53,925 nt of DNA from Nanobdellota archaeon (GCA_030647105.1 JAUSJW010000100.1:1-53925); one strand, 5' to 3'; positions 33,615 to 41,816 are shown, counted from the first letter of the stretch. The notes: generated by a model from the letters alone, not told the origin. Made by a program: numbers and translations.

Positions 33615-34826
33615 CTACGCATACTTGGTTTTCACGTACTCATCAATCATCGCTTTGAACTCGTTTATCCTATTCGGGCCCCTCAGCTTCGCAGCTTCCT
33701 TGCCATCGACAAAGACCGGACTGACCGGGTCTTCGCCAGCGCCAGGGAGCGAGAGACCGAGATTGGCTTCCTTGCTCTCTCCCGGGCCGTTGACGACGCA
33801 GCCCATGACCGCGACGACCATCTCTTCCTGGCCTTGGTAGCCTTGCTTTTTCCACTCTGGAGCCTTCTTCTGGAGATACTCGGTAATTTCCACCGCGATT
33901 TCCTGGAAGAGTGTTGATGTTGTTCTTCCGCATCCGGGGCAGCTCGTGACCGTTGGCGTGAATCTTCTGATTCCGTTCGCCTGGAGAATTTGCTGAGCGA
34001 CTCGTACTTCTTCTGTCCTTGAAGCGCCGGGCGCGGGCGTGAGCGATACCCTGATGGTGTCGCCGATGCCTTTGTTCAAGAGAACGCTTAAGGCAGCTGT
34101 GCTTGAGACGACTCCTTTGGTTCCAAGGCCCGCTTCCGTAAGGCCTAAATGAAGAGGATACGTTGTCTTTGCTGCGATTTCCTCGTACGCAGCGACCATC
34201 GGCTTCATTCTGCTGACTTTCGCCGAGAGGATAATTTTATTTTCTGGCATACCATATTCTCTTGCCAATCGAGCGGATTCTATGGCTGAGATGACCATCG
34301 CATTCGCAACAATCTCTTCGGAATCTTTCTGCTCCTCTCTCTTTAATTTCGCATTGTCGTCCATCAGTTTCATGTACACTCTTTGGTCGATGCTGCCGAA
34401 GTTGACGCCGATTCTGACCGGTTTCTTGTTGTCCAAGGCTTTCTCGATAATCGCCTTGAAGTTCGCGTCGTGCTTGTCGCCGAAACCGACATTTCCGGGA
34501 TTGATTCTGTACTTGTCGAGAATCTGGGCCATTTCAGGATATCTTGTGAGGAGCAAGTGGCCGTTGAAATGGAAGTCGCCAATGAGCGGGACGTCGCATT
34601 TCTCTTTCTCGAGAATCGCCTTGATTTTTGGGACAGCCTCGGCGTTGCTGTTGTCCATCACCGTGAAGCGCACGAGTTCAGAACCCGCGTCTGCCAGCTC
34701 CATAATCTGTTTCGCGGTCGCCTGCGCGTCATAAGTCGGCGTATTCGTCATGCTCTGGACGCGGATAGAGTTGTCACCACCAACACTTACGTTCCCTACC
34801 TTGACTTCACCGCTTTCTCGTCTCAT
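33615..34826 (-). CDS. ispG: 4-hydroxy-3-methylbut-2-en-1-yl diphosphate synthase (IspG/GcpE)
   Basis: VGNVSVGGDNSIRVQSMTNT, RINPGNVG, PVRIGVNFGS, LHLGLTEAG, GIGDTIRVSL, SCPGCGRT, GCVVNGPGE. Confidence 0.93.
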   Translation of the reverse strand: MRRESGEVKVGNVSVGGDNSIRVQSMTNTPTYDAQATAKQIMELADAGSELVRFTVMDNSNAEAVPKIKAILEKEKCDVPLIGDFHFNGHLLLTRYPEMAQILDKYRINPGNVGFGDKHDANFKAIIEKALDNKKPVRIGVNFGSIDQRVYMKLMDDNAKLKREEQKDSEEIVANAMVISAIESARLAREYGMPENKIILSAKVSRMKPMVAAYEEIAAKTTYPLHLGLTEAGLGTKGVVSSTAALSVLLNKGIGDTIRVSLTPAPGASRTEEVRVAQQILQANGIRRFTPTVTSCPGCGRTTSTLFQEIAVEITEYLQKKAPEWKKQGYQGQEEMVVAVMGCVVNGPGESKEANLGLSLPGAGEDPVSPVFVDGKEAAKLRGPNRINEFKAMIDEYVKTKYA

Positions 34827-34828
34827 TT

Positions 34829-35908
34829 TTAGTTGAAATGCTTATTTTTGAAAATGTCAAAGCCGAGCTTCCACAGCTTCGCCTCTTTCATCAGGAGCTG
34901 GACGATGAACTTGCTTGGAAAATCGCGGTCGTGCTCAGCGAGGATGTCCGCGTTGTTTTTCTTCTTGAAAATTCCAATCATGTCGTCGCACTGCTTTTCT
35001 GACATGTGGTTCATGTAGTCGCGCATCTTGAGGCTAATCCACAAATCCCTGCCGAGCTTTTGGTTGAAGAGCTTGCTGTAATTTTCCTTGTCTTTGGCGA
35101 GATAGGTTCCCGCAATCATGCCGTAGATGATGCCACCGTACGTTGTGGCCTTGACTTGCGTCGCTGCGTCCCCTAACAAAAAGACGTTTCCTTTCTGGAG
35201 TTTCTGCTTCGGGTTGTAAAGCGGGATGACTCCGGACTGGTCTTCGATGATTTTTGAGGCTCCGAGGAGATTTTGATACTCTTGCTTTAACGTCGCGTTG
35301 TCCATGCCGATGACGCCGACCCTCGCTATCTTATTGTCTTCCGGAACAACCCAGGCGAATTCTCCCACGCCCATCCTGATTTCGGTGACGCCTTCCTCTA
35401 AATTTGGAAACTTGCATCTCGCCTGCCAGCCCTGGACAAATTTTCTGTCACCATATATGCCAGCGGCTTGTGCGACTTGGCTTTTCGGGCCGTCGGCGCC
35501 TACCAGCATGTCCGACTCGTACGTTTTCTTACTCGTTTTTACACGGATCTTGCCTTCTCGCTCCTTCATTCCCTCGAATCGTTCTCCTAGATGGACTTTG
35601 GCGCCATTGTCCACGGCTTTCTGGAAGAGCCATTGGTCCAATCTTGCGCGGTCAAGCACGAAGTTGGTCTTCTTGAGATCGATGTAGATGCTCTTTCCGC
35701 CCGGCGCGACAATCTTGAATCTGTTGATTTTGGAAACGATGAGATTGGGGTCGATTTGCGTAACTCTTGAGATGGAATCGGTGAGAATTCCGGTGCAGGC
35801 GACGGGCTTTCCAACGACCTCATGCTCCTCGAAGAGGTGGACATCCTCATTCTTTTCCTGCGAGGCGTAGAAGCTTCCTGCGGGGCCTGCGCCGATGACG
35901 GAAATCAT
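34829..35908 (-). CDS. geranylgeranyl reductase family FAD-dependent oxidoreductase
   Basis: MISVIGAGPAGS (dinucleotide fold), VGADGPKS, FLLGDAATQVKATTYGGI. The ORF extends to 35959, but Met18 (35908) sits 23 nt from the TATA at 35931-35938. 2-nt gap to ispG. Confidence 0.85.
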   Translation of the reverse strand: MISVIGAGPAGSFYASQEKNEDVHLFEEHEVVGKPVACTGILTDSISRVTQIDPNLIVSKINRFKIVAPGGKSIYIDLKKTNFVLDRARLDQWLFQKAVDNGAKVHLGERFEGMKEREGKIRVKTSKKTYESDMLVGADGPKSQVAQAAGIYGDRKFVQGWQARCKFPNLEEGVTEIRMGVGEFAWVVPEDNKIARVGVIGMDNATLKQEYQNLLGASKIIEDQSGVIPLYNPKQKLQKGNVFLLGDAATQVKATTYGGIIYGMIAGTYLAKDKENYSKLFNQKLGRDLWISLKMRDYMNHMSEKQCDDMIGIFKKKNNADILAEHDRDFPSKFIVQLLMKEAKLWKLGFDIFKNKHFN

Positions 35909-35930
35909 AAGGGGAGAAACGCGTACGAGC

Positions 35931-35938
35931 TTTAAAAG
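35931..35938 (-). promoter_or_regulatory. TATA box for the GGR-ispG operon
   Basis: TTTAAAAG (CTTTTAAA on the minus strand), 23 nt from ATG 35908. Confidence 0.6.
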
Positions 35939-35961
35939 ACTTATGAGCCCCTGACGCATCC

Positions 35962-35969
35962 TTTATAAA
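35962..35969 (+). promoter_or_regulatory. TATA box for dph2
   Basis: TTTATAAA, 23 nt upstream of ATG 35992. Confidence 0.7.
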
Positions 35970-35991
35970 GCTCTGCGGACTCCTTTTCTCC

Positions 35992-36264
35992 ATGGGCAAT
36001 TACGATTTGGAGGAACAGAGAATCATCGACAAGGTGAACTCTGGGAAGTACACGAAGGTACTTCTCCAGCTTCCGGATGGATTGAAGACTGAGGCAGGAG
36101 ACTTAGTTCGGAGACTTGAGAAAGGGACGTCCGCAACGTACCTCATCTGGTTCGGTACTAATTTCGGCGCCTGTGATTTGCCCATTGGCGTGCAATCCTT
36201 AGGGGTGCAGCTCGTGATTGCCTTCGGGCACAACAAGTACGTGAAGGACGTGAGGGGATGGTAG
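35992..36264 (+). CDS. dph2: diphthamide synthase Dph2, N-terminal fragment (90 aa)
   Basis: KVLLQLPDGLKTEAGDLVRRLEK...FGTNFGACDLP...VIAFGH matches the Dph2 N-terminus, including the first Fe-S Cys. Ends at TAG 36262-36264. Confidence 0.8.
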   Translation: MGNYDLEEQRIIDKVNSGKYTKVLLQLPDGLKTEAGDLVRRLEKGTSATYLIWFGTNFGACDLPIGVQSLGVQLVIAFGHNKYVKDVRGW

Positions 36265-36974
36265 AATTCCTCCTGATTCCGGCGTACTCGAAAGAAGAGG
36301 TTGTCTTGCCTTCTGAGATTCTCGATACTCTTTCTCCCTACAAGTCAATCGCAATCTTCGCCGCTGTGCAGTTCATCAAGCTAGAGAATTTGCTTGCGCA
36401 GCTCAAGGAGAAAGGAATCAAAACTATCACGACGCACGGGAAAAGAACGTCGGGAAAGTTCCAAATCTTAGGCTGCGACTGCTACCATGAGAGTTTTGAA
36501 GAGGATGTCTTCGAAGCCGACGCAATTCTCTATGTCGGAGATGGATTGTTTCACCCGAAGGCGCTGCTGTTGGCCCAGCGCAAGCCGATTCTGCTCTTCG
36601 ATCCGATTGCTAAAACACTCAAGACGATTAGCTTGAAGCATCTCGAAGCGCAGGAGAAGAAGTACAAAGGAAATTTGCTGAGATTCATGAACGCGAAGAC
36701 TATTGGTGTTTTGGTCTCAACAAAGCCGGGACAGAGTTACCTCAACAACGCGCTGCTGCTCAAGAAGAAATCAGACAAGGAAGTCTTCATTTTTGTCGAC
36801 GACACGTTCAATTACGCCAACATGGAGAACTATCCGTTTATCGACGTCTGGGTCAACACAGCGTGCCCCAGGATTGGGTTTGATGACGTGACTGCGATGC
36901 CGAAGCCGCTGATTAATATCAACGACGCCTTGGAGCCTGAAAAGGCGCTCGTGCGCTACGAACGTCAATCTTAA
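36258..36974 (+). CDS. dph2: diphthamide synthase Dph2, C-terminal fragment (238 aa), different frame
   Basis: FQILGCDCYH, YVGDGLFHP, IGVLVSTKPGQ, WVNTACPRIG continue the Dph2 alignment with no residues missing. The ATG overlaps the upstream stop (ATGGTAG). Confidence 0.8.
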   Translation: MVEFLLIPAYSKEEVVLPSEILDTLSPYKSIAIFAAVQFIKLENLLAQLKEKGIKTITTHGKRTSGKFQILGCDCYHESFEEDVFEADAILYVGDGLFHPKALLLAQRKPILLFDPIAKTLKTISLKHLEAQEKKYKGNLLRFMNAKTIGVLVSTKPGQSYLNNALLLKKKSDKEVFIFVDDTFNYANMENYPFIDVWVNTACPRIGFDDVTAMPKPLININDALEPEKALVRYERQS

Positions 36975-37083
36975 CATGTCAGAAATCGCCGAAGCGTAAG
37001 CCATAGCACTTCAGTGTAGGGAAAGCGAGCGATTTCTGAGCATGCTCAAAAACCACTCGCTCATCAAGTGGCGTGCAAACACG

Positions 37084-37108
37084 CCACCTGCTTTAGCAGG
37101 TGGTTTTT
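37084..37108 (+). terminator. perfect 8-bp hairpin CCACCTGC-TTTA-GCAGGTGG followed by TTTTT
   Basis: Read directly. Lies downstream of dph2 and 10 nt upstream of the SDR TATA box. Confidence 0.6.
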
Positions 37109-37117
37109 GACAAATCT

Positions 37118-37125
37118 TTTTAAAG
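37118..37125 (+). promoter_or_regulatory. TATA box for the SDR/FkbH operon
   Basis: TTTTAAAG, 22 nt upstream of ATG 37147. Confidence 0.6.
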
Positions 37126-37146
37126 TATCGAACAAGTCTTTCCTCT

Positions 37147-37788
37147 ATGAAAACCGCGATTGTCCTCGGGGCTTCGGGTGGGTTGGGGAGCGCTATCGCT
37201 TCGATCCTTGCCGAGGAGTACACTGTTATCGGCACCCACCACGGAAAAGAGCATCCAGAAATCAGGAATGTCACCTGGAAAGCGCTGGACCTTGCTGACG
37301 CCTCGTCAGTTAAGCGATTTTGCGAAGGGATTTCCTCTGTTGATGTGCTTGTGGACACGGTGGCGGCTCCTCTCAAAGTACAGCGGTTCCATCAGATTCC
37401 TCTCCAAGCATTTCAGGAAGATTACGCCATCAATGTTTTGCATCCTTTGCTCCTGCTCCAGACGCTTCTTCCAAAATTCACCAAGAACGGCTCGGCGATT
37501 TTCGTCCTGAGCGAGATGATTTACGAGACTCCTGCGTTTTTCTCGTCCTACGCCATCTCCAAATACGCCCTTCTCGGCCTGGTGAAATCGCTGGGCGCGG
37601 AATTGAAAGAAGTGCGCGTGAATGGCGTGGCGCCCGGCATGATGGACACTAAATATATCAAGACGCTTCCCGCCTTTGTGAAGGAGCAGTATGCGAAGGC
37701 TAAGGGGCTTGTGAAGCCGGAGAAGGTCGCTCAAGCGGTGAAGAAGCTCATCGATTCTGAAACGCGCGGCGAAGTGGTGAGAGTATGA
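37147..37788 (+). CDS. short-chain dehydrogenase/reductase (SDR)
   Basis: VLGASGGLGSAIA cofactor motif, catalytic YAISKYAL. 4-nt overlap with the next gene. Confidence 0.85.
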   Translation: MKTAIVLGASGGLGSAIASILAEEYTVIGTHHGKEHPEIRNVTWKALDLADASSVKRFCEGISSVDVLVDTVAAPLKVQRFHQIPLQAFQEDYAINVLHPLLLLQTLLPKFTKNGSAIFVLSEMIYETPAFFSSYAISKYALLGLVKSLGAELKEVRVNGVAPGMMDTKYIKTLPAFVKEQYAKAKGLVKPEKVAQAVKKLIDSETRGEVVRV

Positions 37789-39461
37789 AGATTTCCATCG
37801 CGCTGCTTTCTTCGTACACGCTCAAGAATGTGGAAGAGCCGCTCAAAAAAGAACTGCTTGCGCGTGGTTTTGAGCCTGAATTTTCACATGGCGGATATAA
37901 CCAGTTTATCCAGGAGCTGATTGACACGTCATCTTGGCTGCACGCTTCGAAGCCGAACGTTATCCTTATCGCGCTCAGCGCCCGCACCTTCCTGCATGAG
38001 GCTGAATACGAATTGCTTGATAGCGAAAAGAAGGCGTTCTCGCAAGCCGACGAGAAGCTCGGCATGCTGGAGCAGGCGCTGTTAGCCATCGATTTTCCAG
38101 CCAGAGTCATCCTCACTACCCTTGATTTCCCGCAGTACTCGCCCCTCGGCGTGATGGATTTGACAAGCAGGGGGATGCATTCGCTTATTGAGCATTGCAA
38201 TCATCGTCTCATTGAGTTGGCGAAGGCGTCCGACCGGGTGGTTCTGCTTGATTTTGAAAAAGTGGTTTCATATGTGGGGAAGCACAAGGTTACGGACGAA
38301 AAACTCTTTTACATGGGCAAACTAGTCTTGGGGAAGGAAGCCGCTAACGCTTTCGCGCAGGAGTGCGCCACCCTCATCAACGCGTCTTACGGAAAGACCA
38401 AGAAATGCCTCGTTGTTGACCTGGACAACACGCTTTGGGGAGGAGTTGTCGGCGAGGACGGGAAGAACAGCCTGAAAATCGGCAAAGAGGGCGCGGGGGC
38501 GATTTACCGCGAAATTCAGTTGATTCTGCGAAACCTCAAGAAGAAAGGCGTTTTGCTAGCGATTGCCTCCAAAAACAATCTTGAGGACGCTGAAGAGGCG
38601 TTCAAGAACTCTGAGATGGTTCTGAAGCTTGATGATTTTGTCGCGCGAAGAATCAACTGGGAGCACAAGTCGAAAAATATCCGCGAGATTGCCGAGGAGC
38701 TGAGCCTAGGCGTGGACAGCTTCGCGTTCCTAGATGACAATATCGCTGAGCGCATGGAGGTCAAGACGAATGTTCCTGAAGTGGAAGTGATTGATTTTCC
38801 TTCCGATGTCGCCCTGCTTCCCAAAACGCTGCAGCAGTGGCCTTCTTTCGAAACGCTCGCGTTAACTGAAGAGGACAAAAAGCGGCATGACTTGTATGCG
38901 GAGGAGCGGAAACGGGAGACGCTCAAAAAAACAGTCTCGCTCGACGATTACCTGAAGCAACTCGAGATTGTGATTACGGTGAAGAAGAACGACCTTGAGC
39001 ATCTTGAGAGGATTACGCAACTGACGAATAAGACGAACCAGTTTAATTTGACGACCAAACGCTATACCAAAGAGGAAATGCTCGCGTTTATGCAGAACAA
39101 GGACAGCTTTGTGACTTCCGTTGACGTTCGCGATAAGTTCGGCGACTTGGGGCTGACGGGAGTGATGATTGTCAAACGGATTTCAGCCGGGCGCTTCCTG
39201 ATTGATTCTTTTTTAATGAGCTGCCGCATTCTTTCGCGCAAGATTGAGAACCAGTACTTCACCGAGAGTATGCGGATGATTTCCGAGAAAGACGCGGTGG
39301 TGGAATGCTTGTATGTTCCCACCGCAAAAAACGGGCTGGTGAAAGAGATGTATGAGACGCTCGGATGCACCCTCGCTTCTGAGAAAGACGGCAGAAAGGA
39401 ATATAATACCCCGGTGAAATCGCTTATCCAGAATAATTACCCCTGGATACGGGTTGAATGA
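37785..39461 (+). CDS. FkbH-like HAD-IIIC family phosphatase/acyl-loading protein
   Basis: HAD motif I LVVDLDNTLWGGVVGEDG, IASKNN, FLDDN. The N-terminal ~200-aa and C-terminal GNAT-like regions are typical of the FkbH family. Confidence 0.8.
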   Translation: MKISIALLSSYTLKNVEEPLKKELLARGFEPEFSHGGYNQFIQELIDTSSWLHASKPNVILIALSARTFLHEAEYELLDSEKKAFSQADEKLGMLEQALLAIDFPARVILTTLDFPQYSPLGVMDLTSRGMHSLIEHCNHRLIELAKASDRVVLLDFEKVVSYVGKHKVTDEKLFYMGKLVLGKEAANAFAQECATLINASYGKTKKCLVVDLDNTLWGGVVGEDGKNSLKIGKEGAGAIYREIQLILRNLKKKGVLLAIASKNNLEDAEEAFKNSEMVLKLDDFVARRINWEHKSKNIREIAEELSLGVDSFAFLDDNIAERMEVKTNVPEVEVIDFPSDVALLPKTLQQWPSFETLALTEEDKKRHDLYAEERKRETLKKTVSLDDYLKQLEIVITVKKNDLEHLERITQLTNKTNQFNLTTKRYTKEEMLAFMQNKDSFVTSVDVRDKFGDLGLTGVMIVKRISAGRFLIDSFLMSCRILSRKIENQYFTESMRMISEKDAVVECLYVPTAKNGLVKEMYETLGCTLASEKDGRKEYNTPVKSLIQNNYPWIRVE

Positions 39462-39462
39462 T

Positions 39463-40953
39463 TCACGCTCGCTTCGTTTTTCTCTTGGCCGCGGCGATAG
39501 CGTACTGCACGGGATTCTTGAATCTCTTTTCTTCGGGCGTTGGCGTGACGCCGACCGCCTGATAATAATCGCTTGTGTAATTAGGCGGGAGAATCTTTTC
39601 TTTGTTTCGTTTGTGATAGCTTAAATGACTGGTGATAATGTTCTGCCTCAGCGATTCGGGATGCTGCTTGTTCCATTCTTCGAAGCGCTTTTCTACCATT
39701 TCGTAGTCCCAGCCAACAGAGACGAGGAAATTAGTGAGGATGAAAAGCGCTCTTTTCTTTCCGTCTTTCAGGGGACCGAGCATGGTTTTGATTGCGGGTG
39801 GGAAGAAGGATTCGGGAATCGCGTTCTCGACCTTTTGGAACTCGCGCTCTTCCCTCACTTCTTTTTTGGCTTCCGCGGCCCTCATCGCCTCGTGCAAAAG
39901 CCTTGATGCTTCCCCCGACTTCGCTTTCTTGCGGTCGATGAAGGTGAAGCGGGTGAGTTTCAAGGTTTCAGGATTCGCCAGCTTCTTTTCGAAGTCGAGA
40001 ACTTTCTCGGGGTTGAAGGGTGTGCTGACAAGCCCTGATTTTTCGTGGAAGGAGTAGGGCATGCGGTAGAGGTGTCTTGTCGCTATCAGAATGGTGTCGA
40101 CTTCAATAATTGAGAGCGGGTTGAAGTGCGTCACATAGTCATTTGAGCCGCAGTCGCAAAGCGATTTCTTCATAGGGATTTTCTCCATGAGATTGCCGCA
40201 GCGCTCGCACTTGAGAAAAGGTCTGTCTTCGATTCTCGTCGTATTCCCGCACTTTCTGCACTGGAACTCGAAGAGATTCACATCAGTCTGTTTCTTTTGG
40301 ATTTCTTTCCCGCACTTCGCGCAGATTTTGAGCGTAAGTTCTTCGAAGCTCTTGCCAGTCATCTCCTTGAGGCGGTCGGGCGAGGCCTTGAACTGCTTTT
40401 TCAGCCCTTTGCCGAAGATGATGCTGTTTCCTTCCACTGGGATGTACTTTTCAGCGATGTACGTTAAGAGGTAAAGCGCGATGGCTCTCGGCGCTTCGGG
40501 AAAGAGGTCTTTTGTTTCCTGAGCATTGAATGTTGTTGGAAAGGATTCGAACGGGATACCGATGTGAAATCCCTTGTTTCCGGAGAACTTGACAGAGACT
40601 GAGCCGATGCCGAAGTCCTTCAAAGCCTGAATGATGAGCCAGCACGTGATTTTAGAGAGCTTCCAATCGGGAATGTCGATGTCGATGACCAAATCCCAGC
40701 CTTTCCTGATTCGCTTCTTGTCGGCTTCTTTCATTTCGGGCCCTAATTGAAGAGGATTCGTCCAGAGCTCTTCTGAGCCGTGGAAGCTGGTGGCGCCCTG
40801 CTTAATGAGGTCGAGAATCTCTTCTGGAAACTTGAGGACGTCTGGGCGCTTGCCGAAGCTGTCGCCATAGCGCACGCCGATTTCCCGGTTCCTCGCGTGC
40901 TCGATGAGGGCTTGCTTGATGCCCTCCTTCGCGTAGAACTTAAACTGAGCCAT
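39463..40953 (-). CDS. DNA primase, AEP PriS catalytic core with Zn-ribbon insert and PriL-like C-terminal helical domain (single chain)
   Basis: WDLVIDIDIPD (DxD), SGNKGFHIGIP, RHLYRMPYSFHEKSGL. Cys pairs CAKC/CRKC/CERC/CDC. C-terminal FFPPAIKTML...RALFILTNFLVSVGW. Confidence 0.85.
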   Translation of the reverse strand: MAQFKFYAKEGIKQALIEHARNREIGVRYGDSFGKRPDVLKFPEEILDLIKQGATSFHGSEELWTNPLQLGPEMKEADKKRIRKGWDLVIDIDIPDWKLSKITCWLIIQALKDFGIGSVSVKFSGNKGFHIGIPFESFPTTFNAQETKDLFPEAPRAIALYLLTYIAEKYIPVEGNSIIFGKGLKKQFKASPDRLKEMTGKSFEELTLKICAKCGKEIQKKQTDVNLFEFQCRKCGNTTRIEDRPFLKCERCGNLMEKIPMKKSLCDCGSNDYVTHFNPLSIIEVDTILIATRHLYRMPYSFHEKSGLVSTPFNPEKVLDFEKKLANPETLKLTRFTFIDRKKAKSGEASRLLHEAMRAAEAKKEVREEREFQKVENAIPESFFPPAIKTMLGPLKDGKKRALFILTNFLVSVGWDYEMVEKRFEEWNKQHPESLRQNIITSHLSYHKRNKEKILPPNYTSDYYQAVGVTPTPEEKRFKNPVQYAIAAAKRKTKRA

Positions 40954-40973
40954 AGGAAGAGAAAAATTGCTGC

Positions 40974-40981
40974 TTATTTAT
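40974..40981 (-). promoter_or_regulatory. TATA box for the primase gene
   Basis: TTATTTAT (ATAAATAA on the minus strand), 21 nt from ATG 40953. Confidence 0.55.
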
Positions 40982-41021
40982 GTGTTGCGTCATTGAACGA
41001 GCTTCCAGAGGAAACCTGTTG

Positions 41022-41765
41022 TTATCCATACGGGCGGTATGCGGGAGGCTGCGTAGTACGCATAGGTGGAGTAGTTGGCCTTTGCATCATCGCCTGCTTT
41101 CTCGCGTTCAAATGGTGCTTCGCTATGGAGTGGAGCAATGCCCAAAGGACGCAGAAGGAGATACCAGCAAAGAGGAAGGCAATGGTGAAGATTTCTTTGA
41201 GGATGAAAGGCAGAAGCAGGAAGATGCTCTGCCGGATGCTCTCTGCCGTGAGCTGATTATTCACTACAGCGTCAATGATAGGAGTTGTGTCAGGTGGAAA
41301 GAGATGGCCCCAGAAGAACCCGAGGCTGAAGGCGAAGAGGCAGGAGATGCCGAGATGCAGGAACATCTTGCCGAGGTGCCAGGTCAGGAGAACATGGTCC
41401 TTTTCGATGAAGAAGAGCGCAATAAGGAGCAGGATGGAGGCAAGGGCGAGGGGGAGAACGGAGTTCTTGAAACTAAGGCTTGGGAGCGTTTGCTCGGCCA
41501 GGGCTTTTGAGGTGTATGCTAGCAGGAGAGCGCGGTTATCTCCAGTCTTGCATTCCGCTGGGCCATTCTCATCACACCAGCTGTTCCGCATTTCCTGGTC
41601 AAGGCGCTCCCTTGACGCAGCTGAACTATGGTCGTAGATGTCCCCAAAGAGCGTGCGGACGGTCGATTCCGTATCCAGGCTCGCGAAGAGGGCGAAGAGC
41701 AAGGAGAACAGGCAGAGGCTCACGAGGCTTCTGACAGCCCAAGCTGAAAAGGCGCGGAAGGACAT
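41022..41765 (-). CDS. hypothetical multi-pass membrane protein
   Basis: 247 aa with several hydrophobic helices. TATA (41788-41795) 23 nt upstream. Pro-rich C-terminus. Confidence 0.6.
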   Translation of the reverse strand: MSFRAFSAWAVRSLVSLCLFSLLFALFASLDTESTVRTLFGDIYDHSSAASRERLDQEMRNSWCDENGPAECKTGDNRALLLAYTSKALAEQTLPSLSFKNSVLPLALASILLLIALFFIEKDHVLLTWHLGKMFLHLGISCLFAFSLGFFWGHLFPPDTTPIIDAVVNNQLTAESIRQSIFLLLPFILKEIFTIAFLFAGISFCVLWALLHSIAKHHLNARKQAMMQRPTTPPMRTTQPPAYRPYG

Positions 41766-41808
41766 GAGTTTTTATCCCGTTGGCGGCTTTAAATAGTTTG
41801 TCGCAAGC

Positions 41809-41816
41809 TTTATAAA
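41809..41816 (+). promoter_or_regulatory. TATA box for the 5S rRNA gene
   Basis: TTTATAAA, 23 nt upstream of the predicted 5S 5' end. Confidence 0.65.

Noticed and set aside
36975-37075. Possible C/D-box sRNA on the minus strand (TTGATGA C-box-like element and two CTGA elements).
   Set aside because: Spacing is wrong. No CTGA lies ~12 nt after the C-like box, there is no C' box, and the overall length is ~100 nt versus ~50-60 nt typical for archaeal C/D sRNAs. I reported the region only as a hairpin cluster.
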